59,724 nt of DNA from Chara braunii (taxonomy: Eukaryota > Plantae > Charophyceae), in the NCBI GenBank assembly GCA_003427395.1, contig BFEA01000031.1:4568848-4628571 (forward strand). The letters are read 5' to 3'. The notes under the pieces are model-generated. The model was not told the origin of the DNA, did not search any database, and was given only the letters and a program-made list of their open reading frames with translations. A program made the translations under genes and the position numbers. Each line of letters opens with the position of its first letter. The first letter of the stretch is position 1. Below are positions 49,300 to 59,724 of this stretch, piece by piece.

Positions 49300-49660
49300 G
49301 TGGAACGAGTTGCTCAGCGTGACCATCGCAATCACCTCTCCGGAGACGGGCGCGTATATTACCTCCAGACATGACAAGCGAGAAGGACTGGGGTTTGCCC
49401 CGTGCAGATTCTTGAAATATAAGTCTAATAGGAGTGTCAAGCAGGCGTTGCAGGTTATCACAGCCCAGGTTGCGCAGATCCTGCTACTATGCTCCGAACC
49501 TAGTGATGCAGCCATGGAGATTAACAAGGTGGTGACCACGATGAGGGACAACGGTTTCGCCAAGGATGTGTGCTGGGGGGTGGTTAGGAAGATTGCGGAA
49601 CGCATATCGCTACCAGCCTGGCAGGGTTTCCGTGCACAAGGTAAGAGAAGCGTTGTCTGA
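49300..49660 (+). pseudogene. Penelope-like RT C-terminal (thumb) fragment
   Basis: LLSVTI...YITSRHDKRE...RFLKYKSN...QILLLCS...EINKVVTTMRDNGF fits the PLE pattern FLD.I...Y.K...S..P...R...cS...L..NGY; stop follows with no C-terminal GIY-YIG; 3' UTR ends in (CA)n at ~49834. Confidence 0.72.
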
Positions 49661-49828
49661 CATGTATGGTTTTACTAACTAATTTTACCTTCCGTCTGAG
49701 TGGATGTGTCTGTGTATGTGCGTATGTGTGTTTGGTGTCCATTGTCCGGGGGACGACAGGGCCGAGAGGATCGGCTGTTCTCCGGGCAACCGCCCCCTCG
49801 GACCTGCTCATCCCCCGAAGGGAGTGGG

Positions 49829-49871
<43 letters not shown>

Positions 49872-49884
49872 ACACACACACATA

Positions 49885-50061
49885 CAGGTGATGAGAAAAG
49901 GGGAGGGACGACGGGAGTTGGATATGCAGGCTCACTAGGCCGATGGGCTCTTCGGATGGATGCATGCACTCCTCTCCCTTGTTTCTGTTCCCCTTCCCCC
50001 CCTTTTTTTCCCCCCTTTTTTCCTTTTTATCTTCTTTCCGGTTCCCTTTTTTTTTTTTTTT

Positions 50062-50125
<64 letters not shown>

Positions 50126-52460
50126 CCTCGATTTTATTAGTAGAGTGGCCGGGTGGCACGACCCTGACCGAATAAAGTTGAACCCTCAGACGCCACTGGA
50201 GGATCAAGGAAGAAGTCCGCTCTCGGATCATGACGAATAACTGGCAGAGTACAGGGACCTGTGGGAACGTGGATCAGCCATGCGTTGGTCTTGGCTTCGC
50301 GGTCCAGTTTTTTTATTACCCTGTTCCACCCCTATCGTCCTCTCGGTTAGTTTAGTTTTTTATTTTTTCATTTTTTTCATTTTTTTCATCTTTTCATTTT
50401 TCCTTTTCCCTTCTTTTCTCTTTTCTCTTTTCTCTTTTTTCCCCCCCTTTTAGTTTCGATTTCTTCCTTCTTTTTTTTTTCCTTCTCCTTTTTCCTTTTT
50501 TTCGCTTCCCTCCTTGTCCTTTCCTTTCCTTTTCCTTTTTCTCTTTCTCTTTTTCTTTTTTTCTTTTTTCTGGTATGTAGGATAGGCATGTATAAGTAGA
50601 TGGATAGCAGCAATAGCTTGTATCGGAAGGCTGTAGTTTAGGAACACACATCGCGGCTATATATAAACAGAACGCAGGGGTTCTATTCATCAGGCCACTA
50701 AGCGAGCAACGGACGACCAACGGGCGACCGTGTTCTCCGTGATTGCGAAGGGCGGGTGGATCGGCGGGCGATATGGACTTCTTCGCGGACTGGGACCTGG
50801 AAGAGGCAACGGGACGAGGAGGAAGTGGTAACGTTGCGGGGGAACAGCACCCCCCCGACTCTGTGTCCGTTCCCCGGTGCCTGAGCACTCCGAAGCCTGG
50901 AATCATGCACACTGCCTCTACCTGCCCTGTCGAACCTACTCTAGCCAGCCTGACCCCAGCTCCAGCACGAAGCGTCGCCTTCTTGCTCCTCCTCCTCCTC
51001 GCCTTGCTCCCCAATCTCGCCATAGCCTGGGTGTTGTTTGTCGCATGCCTCTTGGAGAGTGTTTTTCTTCGGCTATCGACAAAGCGCTTTGCGTTTTTAG
51101 TAGGCTGCACTATTTGCTTTGCGACCTTCTTCCTCGCTTACTGTTGTTGCTTGTTCGTTGTCATAGGCGCCGGGGGTTGGTTTGAGCATTAGGCGAACAT
51201 CGAAGTTAGTGGAGATGGAGCGATGGAGCGTAGATGTGCAGCGGAGGATTCGGCTTGCGCCTTTATGGCCTTTCTCTCTTTCCTCTCCTTCCTTTCCTTC
51301 CTTTCCTTCATCCACTCCCTTCCCTACCCCCCTCCGCATGACCCCTCCCTCCCCCTCCCCCCCACCCCGACCCTCTCCACCCAATCCCACCACCCTTCAC
51401 CCCCCTGTCTCGCAGCTCCCCTCCTCGTAACTCGACTACCCCGCCAACCATCACCCCCCTCCCCCCGCCTTCCAGCGATCGTGGACGATGACCCCCCCTC
51501 TGATGATGCCCCATGTGGCATGGGGCAGAAAAGCGCTTCAGGGAGCTGCCACGCCCTTCCCGCAATTCGGCGAGATGATCCACGCAGCTGCAGGAATGTG
51601 ATGGATTTGGAGGAGAGAGCTGAAGCGGGATATCCCCCTCCCCCCTTCCCCCCTTCCTTTGTTCCCCTTCCCTTCCTGCCCCCTCCCTCTCCATCCCCTG
51701 ACTTTCCTTTCTGGCCCCTTGAAACCATACGACTGTTTGATAGCAGGGGTGCGAGGTGGGCAATGTAATCTTTAATTGTTTTTGTTGATATAAAAACTGA
51801 TCTTACTTTTTTTCAACCTTCTGGAATATTGCTTTCATGGAAGTGCTTGGTTTTTAATGAATGTACTCTCCTTCCCTTCCATTATCTCCCCTCCCTCCCC
51901 TGCAATTTCTTTTCCTTTTTCTTTTTCTTTTTTTTTCTCTCTCTCATTTTTTTCCTCCCCATTCCTATCCTATGAAAAGCCTTCCCACTTCTCTCCATTT
52001 GTCGTTTTTCGCATGGCATCCTATTGATTGGATAAGGAAAGTACCCCAATGATAGTATATGATCGTATCCAAGCTTTATCATGTGTGGGGATATCATCAA
52101 TGGTTGTTTTGTCTTCGATTCCTCGAATTGTTGTCCTTGAGTTTTTTTTCGAGTTTTTTCCCCTCTCTCCTAAATGGGTGGTTCGATCGTTGCCCCCTTG
52201 CAATACGAAGCACCCTACCCCCCTGCACTTCGATTGGCCAGTAGCGCAGGTTTGGCAGACTTCACCCAATAAACGGCCCCGTGGTTACCCTCACCACAGT
52301 ATGGACAAACCAAGTGGTTTTACCTCGCTGCGTTGGAATATCGCCTCCCTCGTCTTGCTTTTTGCTCACGGTGTGTCAACGCTTTTTAGTCGGAGTAGCA
52401 CGAGCATGATGTGTCGTGCTCGTGCGAAACGCATGTGACACACGCATGCTACACACACAC
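49885..52460 (+). mobile_element. 2.6-kb non-coding repeat, copy B, carrying a hammerhead ribozyme, bounded by (CA)n
   Basis: Direct repeat of 46201-48792; (CA)n at 49834-49884 and 52451-52470. Confidence 0.82.
51496..51543 (+). ncRNA. Minimal type-I hammerhead ribozyme
   Basis: ccct-CTGATGA-tgccccatg(tgg)catggggca-GAAA-agcgct-TC-aggg: stem I ccct/aggg, 9-bp stem II, palindromic AAGCGCTT stem III, UUC cleavage triplet. Confidence 0.85.
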
Positions 52461-52469
52461 ACACACGCA

Positions 52470-52513
<44 letters not shown>

Positions 52514-53757
52514 GTCACAGTGTACATTTCCATGTTCGAGCAGACGATCCATTCGATTTTACCGTGGGGTTGGAGACCTAGCCGTTGCGTAGCCCATCTT
52601 GTAGATGGAAAACTCTCTCTCACACACACACGCAGTGTTACACACACACATACATACACACACACACACACACCGGCGCGCGAGCGCCCGCACACGGAGC
52701 TGAAGTGTTTTTTTTTTTAATTTTCTTTTGTTTTTAGTTTGTATCGAGTGACCAAGGGGTGCCGGCAACCCTTCCACACCTCCCATAACCCCCCTTGCTG
52801 AAACACCCACCACCCAATGCGTTTCAGCGCAGCCGCAAACGCGACAAAAACGTTCACCCGTGTTCGATGAACGTGCGTTCAACGCGTTCAAAAACTGAAC
52901 GCGGAACCCATGTTCATTGAACGTGCGGTTACATAGCCTTGAGTTGAAGGAGGAAGAAGAAGGACGCAATGGCGGGCCGACTATAGTATGGTCCAGCAGG
53001 AGAAGAACCCGCAGCCCCTTACCCACCGCTCAGCCCTACGCATACGTACAGATGCAGACGATCGGGCTGCATCCCCGGTCATTTTCTCGCCATCCCCTTG
53101 ACTACCTTTCCTTTCACCAGATCGTGGAGCGCCCGCCCTTCCCTGACACTTGGCACTCGTTCCCCCCCTCTCTATTTTGTCATTTCTATGCCACATGTCT
53201 CGTGTGTGAAGATTTCCCCCACTCGATTACACAATCTCTTGTTTCCTTTTTTTGCCTCCATATCTTCCTCTTTAGCGTGGAATGGCGAGACTTCAATAGT
53301 GTTGAAGTCTATTGCTTGATCATGGGAACAATCCCCGCCCACGCACAATACGAACAGTTTCTGGCTGACCTCCTCTGCACCCTGTGTACCCTTTACCTCG
53401 ACTATCTTGCTTTCCTCCTGTATCGCAATTGTCGCTTCTCATGTGTCCATTGGCTGGTACGGTATGCCACTACCCCCACCGGAGTGCGTCCCATAGCTCT
53501 CTTCATCCTACCGCTTCCTCAATCGCACCCGCCTCCCCCCCCCCCAGTATTGAGACTACCCGCGCCACCAGAAGAGCGGTGATCATCGGTGATATGTAAG
53601 TGGAGATCGGGACAGAAATCGGGCATCAATGGGGGTCCTCCTCTCCTCTTTCTTTTTTCTCTTACTTCTTCCTCCCTTACTTTCCTCTTCGTGTGCAGGG
53701 CATGGAGTATGCAAGTATGAGCGTGCATAGGATTGGAAACCCCTTGGGCGTCACATA

Positions 53758-55151
53758 TGTGACGAATTATTTTCTGTAAACGCTTGACCTTCTGCACGAG
53801 TGTATTTCGGGGTCTAAATGGGAGGGGCCCGCCCAATTACATAAATGTCCCTCTCCTTTGGAGGGATGGTGGTCCGACAATGGTTGGTAATTCATTGTGC
53901 CTTAGGGAGCGTGGAAATAACTGTGGCCATAACGTTTTTTTTTTTCTGTTGAGGGAAGGAAAGTTTTAGCGCAAACACCGTGCACGGAATCCTTTTTTTT
54001 TTTTTTTTTGAACCCACACGAGTTCTCTGGATTTCTTTTCGTAATTAGGATTTTAATTAGGCTAGGAATTTGGGAGCATCGTAATTTTTTTTTGTTGCAA
54101 CTAAATGAGGCTCTGAACTTGTGTGTGCATTCTCGCGTCTTGTTCCACGCTCTGCCCCTGCCGCGCCTAACTTCTAACCGTAATTGTAATCTCTTCTTGC
54201 TCCTTCTTGGCGAGCGTATTTGTTACTGCAATCCTCTCACTTCTTGATCTCCTCCCTTTCTTTTGCCGCACAAAGTTTCTCTGCGCCTTGTTCCTGTGTA
54301 TCTCAATGGCCTACAGGTGCATGACTGCATTGATGCGTGTAGAGTGGCTGCGTCCCCCACTCCGCGACCCCCTAATGCACCGACATGCACTTCCTCTTCC
54401 TTTCTGCTTCTCGCTTCAGCATAATCCAGAGTTATCTTGCGCACCTACTGGCTGCTATAAAGCTCAAGTGCTCGACTAATTCACTCTCTAGTCCACACTT
54501 GGGAGTTAGCGCAGTCGAGAGGATCGGCAAACGAGCGTCGAGTGGAGCCAGAAAGCTGAGTAGGGAGTTAGTATCCGACGAGCTAGTGCCGAGTAGGCCG
54601 GGTTGACGTGTGGCTGCGAACGGCTGTGGCATACAAACGAACCTGGTTTGCCTACCAAGACTAAGCGGGATGACAACTTCGGGATGTTGATAAGTGCGAG
54701 GCGACGGACTGCCCAGATCGAGGGAATTTTGAAAGAGGGAGAAAGAGAAGGTCGCGTGCTGAAGTGGGAAATATTTTATTCAGCAGTTCTCTCCTTCTGC
54801 GTAATTTTGATATCTGGCTTCGACCATTCTTGATTGCAGCACTTATGGACCTTCCTGTCTTGTCTTCGATTGATGTATGAAACATCTTTACCTCCCCCCC
54901 CCGTCCTCCGCTCTCTCCTCTTCGGTTTTACTGTATGAAGGATCATTATTGATCATAGCTAGGTAGCACGACGTACACCCACTTGGGCTCCACATACGTG
55001 CCTACGCGTATGCACGTATGCGCATACGTGTCGCATACGTATGAGCGCGTACTCAAATTTAGGGCCCGCGTACGTGGTCACAACGGGTCGTTTCCCGGGT
55101 TTGTCTTGGCCCGGTAGGGGTTGGGGGGTGGGCGTTGGGATTGGTTGGTGT

Positions 55152-55198
<47 letters not shown>

Positions 55199-55284
55199 TG
55201 TGTGAGAGAGAGAGNNNNNNNNNNNNNNNNNNNNNNNNNNNNNNNNNNNNNNNNNNNNNNNNNNNNNNNNNNNNNNNNNNNNNN

Positions 55285-55357
<73 letters not shown>

Positions 55358-57291
55358 GCCTCCCCCTCTTCCTCCTCCTGCCGATCTTCTTCAGCGTCCT
55401 GCTCCTCGGCCCGTGGTACTGTCTTTTTGTCTGTCTGTCCAGTACGGGCGGAGGAGGAGGGGTAGTAGGAGGAGGAGAAGGACAAACAGACAGACAGAAA
55501 GACAAACAAACAGACAGACAGACAGACACACAGACAGATAGACAGATAGACAGTACGACGGGCGGAGGACAGACAGACAGACAGACAGACCGACCGACAG
55601 ACAGTACGACGGGCGGAGGACAGACAGACAGACAGACTGACAGACAGACAGACAGATAGACAGGAGGGGGAGGACAGACAGACTGACTGACTGACTGACT
55701 GACAGACAGACAGACAAACAAAAAGGAGGGGGAGGACAGACAGACAGACAGACTGACATAGAGACAGACAGTACCACAAGAGAGGTAGGAGGAGGGGTAG
55801 GAGGAGGAGGATGGGTAGGAGGAAGGGTAGGAGGAGGAGGAGGACGAAGATCACGATCGGGAGGAGGAGGAGATATGTGACTAAATACTGACTAATATAT
55901 ATATGATATATACATTATATATATGTGTAAGAAAAAACAAAAAAAAACGCGTACTCGTATGCGGGTTTTTGTGCGTGTACGCATACGCGTGCATGCGTAC
56001 GGGTACGAGCGCATGCGTACGGGTACGCACCGCGTACGCGTACGTGGTGCTACCCAGGATCATAGAAACGAGGGTGCAAGAAATAAACGCCTTCTGATGT
56101 ATGGAGATATGTATGTGCTTCCGCTCACTTTTGAAATGACTATGTCTTTGTGGTGATCAGATGTGTGATCGAGTTGTCCCCCGCAAACCAACCTGAGTCA
56201 GGCGCAGATGCATGTAGAACGGGCATGTTGTGATCTGTGTATTCGCCTGAGTGTGGGTTGGATTTTTCCCATGCATGAATTGCACACAATTGACGTCTGA
56301 TGTATAGGAATGAATGTTCACTTCTCTCCTTATGACTGTCGAATGGCCATCTGGCCTATATGAGTTGGTTTGGATTCGGTGGGAATAGATCAGGTGCACC
56401 CACGTATACGAGCGATCACCAGACGTCAGTCGTCACGTATACGTGTGTCTGCCTGGCTTGGCCACTCCTTCCCTTGCACGACCAAATATACGAATTAAGC
56501 CTCCCTTGTCAAACATGGATGTCGCTGTTCCATTCTAGATCATGAACCTTACCAGTATGAGGAACCCCGAGTACATGGAATACTGGGAGAAAGAACAACT
56601 CCGGCGCCAATCGAACTTACGGCTTCCAGCCTACCCTTGTCAAACGAAGGACGATCGACTGTGTGTTTGGGACTTTCACCAGGCCCTTGGACGAAATCCC
56701 CGAACTCGAGATTGCCCCGACCCCCGTAATTATCAGTACCATCTGGTGTTCGTCGCCATCGAAACCGACTTTCCTCCATTCTATGTCCTTCTATCACCAT
56801 CTGACGATAGTTCCCTGGGATTCGATTGCACACTGCTGGCCCCAGAGGCCGTGTTCTGAGTATTGTTAGTACGACACTCACCAGGCAGCGGGATTCGTGC
56901 GACAAACCCGCTCTAAAGCTGAGCACCAAAAACAGTCTTCGACTGAGGCCGTCCACGTCGGACTTGGAGATCTGTGAAATCCGCCAGCGGCAGGTGTTTG
57001 GACAGGGAGACACCCATTGTGTTCCATCAGTGCACCAGGTGCGAGCCCACCCGAGGCGACGGGCCCAACGAAATTAGTCGCTCGACCATGAGAAAAGGCA
57101 AAACCCAAGACCTGGCCCTGAACAGAAACCGCTTGCATTTCCATCCCCGAAACTTGACACCGGAGATCTCAATTCCGACCTGGGACTCCACCCCACTTTC
57201 CTAAAATCCTNGGCACACCCCTACTACGCACTTTTCNCCCCCTATCACTCCGAAAACAGGAAGTCACGCTGGGCNTGAGTTGGACGTCACA
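53758..57291 (+). repeat. 3' LTR of gypsy element 2 (~2.4 kb excluding the nested insertion)
   Basis: Perfect terminal inverted repeat TGTGACG...CGTCACA; TATAAA at ~54456; patches matching the element-1 LTR (gtgtgatcgagttgtcccc ~56163; aaaatcctnggc ~57203; gggcntgagttgg ~57271). Confidence 0.72.
54959..56057. mobile_element. Non-autonomous hAT-like element inside the element-2 LTR
   Basis: Perfect 8-bp TSD gatcatag (54951-54958 / 56058-56065); TIR ctaggtagcacgacgtac / gtacgtggtgctacccag; subterminal cgtacg/cgtatg repeats; (TG)n, (AG)n, (GACA)n interior. Confidence 0.88.
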
Positions 57292-59610
57292 AGGCNTCCT
57301 TGCGCAGGGATTNACACACGTGGAGGTTNTANAGGAGATGGCTTCACCAGAGGATATCCAACGCCAGGCAGANGGATGGTTGTCTGAGCAGGAAGATACA
57401 CAACAGCGTATTCAACAGATTGTCAGAGTCTTATCCTCCATTATCTAGGCCTGGATGGTGGTGGATTGGGGGGTGTCTACCCTGGCCAAATGGNTGGAGG
57501 ACAAGTGGCAACAACTTTCAACTATCCTCNGNCAGATCGAGGAGGATCCANCACTGGANGCTTTTGTTGATTGGNAGCANGCTGAGACTCTGATAAACAG
57601 TTGTAACATGACTTTCCACCAGCCTGGGTGTAGATTACTACGATGAGCTGAAGGAGAGGCTGGCGACTGAANCTCAGCTGCAGGNTGTTGTCTCCAATCC
57701 TGTNATCACTTATTCTGGNGAATTTGAGTCAACAACAANGACGACGGCTACTACACNAGTGGCGACNTCATNAGACACAAATGTGGTAAGTGGCGAAATA
57801 TCGACAGGTGTTTCATCAATGATACACAAAACAGTGACGGGAATTTCATCACCACCGGCAGGGGCTAAGACAATTATATCCACGCGGTTAATGGAAGGCC
57901 CAAAATTCGGGGTTCTCCGCCGCATCACTACAAGCAATGTCGTCGAAACTTTTGCAAACAAACTATGCAGGCTCATAATTCAAACATCAAAAAAATAAAC
58001 ATACAAAAAAAAAACGAAAAAAAAAATGAACAGCACTATAGAATCCTAATCGAAGTAACTTCCGAAGTTCACCAAAACGTTTCCTGAATTCGGTCTTTAC
58101 GCCAACTTTTCCGTTACTCGTCCAAGTACGCCGAAACATAATACAAATATACCTTAAAGCTTATACATATTAGACAAAAATGAAAAAACAAAAAAAAACA
58201 AAAATTCAGGGAAATATGGCAGTTTCGGTGAAAAATTCGCCGAAAATGACACCACCTATTGACCACGAGTGCTACAGCAGCGACAAACGCTTCAACAACA
58301 GCGTCAGCTTTCACACAACGATGACAACTACAACAACGATAGTCACAACAACAACATCAACATTATCAACGACACCTATGACGACGACATCTGCAACAGT
58401 GACAATCATATCAACAGCAGCAACAATGCTCATGATGATGACATCTACCATTCAACTATGGGCAACAAGTATTTTGCCAACAACGAGTATAGTGGCAAAC
58501 ATGCCAACAACATCTCCCGCTGCAACAGTCGCCAGGGTAAGCACAACTTTGTCTGCCTTGGTTTTCTCTTTGCATGGGCCATTTTCCGAGAATTTTGACT
58601 TCCTGGTGGGACTAAAGGAGGGCGAGGGCTCTTGGTTGGCAGTTTCGTAGTGCTTTCTATCTTTGTAGGCTTTCTATGCAACATGAGATGACGCTGATTT
58701 GGCGCAGGGGTGAGGACAGGCGTGGCGATGAATCTTTCTGTCGCGGGATTCTGGGGGGGGGTAGGGTGGGATATCTGTTGAGCGATGTTGTATCACCTCC
58801 TCGCCTGTTTTATATCTTTTACGGAGGTTAGCAGCAGTTTTCTGTGTTTCACATCGTCTTGTTGTGACCTAGATTGAGTTACCTGTGAGAGGAATGTTGA
58901 GTGTGGTTTTAAATTTTCAACCAACGACTGCTCTCCCCTCAAGATCATTGCTGTGTTGATTCGTGTGCATGAAGGATGGCATGATTTCTGTTGGAAGGGC
59001 TGCTAATTACAGACTAGTCTCTTCAGATTAACGAGTCCTTTCCATTTTGGATCGTCCCTGTGTCAATATGTATGGAGGTATGGAGTCATGGGTTCGGTCG
59101 ATCACTTGTCATAATCACTTAGGGTTTGGTTAGGATTCAGATTGTGTTCGACTTTCTTAGCCTTGCTATAGTCTCCCCTCCTTCCTTGACCTTGTAGGGT
59201 TTATCATCTGCTGGTTGTCTATAGTAGGGCAGAGTTCGGTTTTTGGATGGAGCGGGGTTAATCCTTCCCTGCTGGGGAAGCAATCAATACCCCTTGCTCG
59301 TACTGCACTTTAGTTGTAAAGGGAAGCTCTCTCCACATGAGCAGTGGATGAGGCTCTTCTAGCAGTAATGGGACAAGTGGACCCCCCGCGGCGGACGATG
59401 ACAAAACATTTTGTGAAACAATATAGCCACCAGTTGGATTTCATCTTCGCAATGCACCCCTACTGGGACGCTGCCCGACGTTGCAAAATGGCACGGGCGT
59501 TGCGAAGTTTTTGGACACACACACAAAAAAAATAGAAAAAATGAAAAGTCTATATTTCCAAGTTGTAGCAGTAGATTCATTCGATTTTGCTGATCCTATC
59601 GATGGAAGTA

Positions 59611-59697
<87 letters not shown>

Positions 59698-59724
59698 ACA
59701 CACACACATACAAAAAAAAGAAAA

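Larger units (their letters stand above)
45696..52941. mobile_element. Non-autonomous TIR element (hAT-like) hosting the Penelope-like insertions
   Basis: Ends tatgtaaccg / cggttacata with dense ttgaacg/cgttcaa subterminal repeats on both sides; flanks join into one gypsy-derived reading (GDALRNP / ELKEEEE); TSD not clean. Confidence 0.6.

Noticed and set aside
50394-51192. Basic 238-aa and hydrophobic 149-aa ORFs in the 2.6-kb repeats
   Set aside because: Frames and stops differ between copies A and B and composition follows purine/pyrimidine skew; a short peptide cannot be fully excluded.
57292-59535. Possible TE protein remnants (57300-57700, 59344-59535) and a Thr-rich ORF at 58180-58650
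   Set aside because: Many ambiguous bases, (ACA)n low complexity and no diagnostic motif.

Overview
Repeat-saturated eukaryotic DNA with six scaffold gaps. Plant-type snRNA sequences and the TE repertoire suggest a green-lineage genome, possibly a charophyte such as Chara (inference). Main contents: (1) a near-complete Ty3/gypsy LTR retrotransposon on the minus strand (1-10370) and a decayed plus-strand relative (~39560-57291) carrying nested insertions. Both encode a PHD finger between RNase H and integrase, and both have a palindromic TCACA-NN-TGTGA junction where the polypurine tract should be. (2) A near full-length, disrupted L1/Tx1-type LINE (~15987-24180) plus apparent L1-machinery products: 3'-truncated U6, U2 and U4 snRNA retrocopies and a 1.9-kb non-coding poly(A) insert with a TSD. 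(3) An intronless 882-aa FHA-domain ORF. (4) Several microsatellite-filled hAT-like non-autonomous elements with 8-bp TSDs. (5) A Penelope-like RT remnant between two 2.6-kb (CA)n-embedded repeats, one showing a minimal hammerhead ribozyme. (6) A dispersed fold-back family with a conserved ~40-bp core. All calls are by eye from the sequence; no searches were run.
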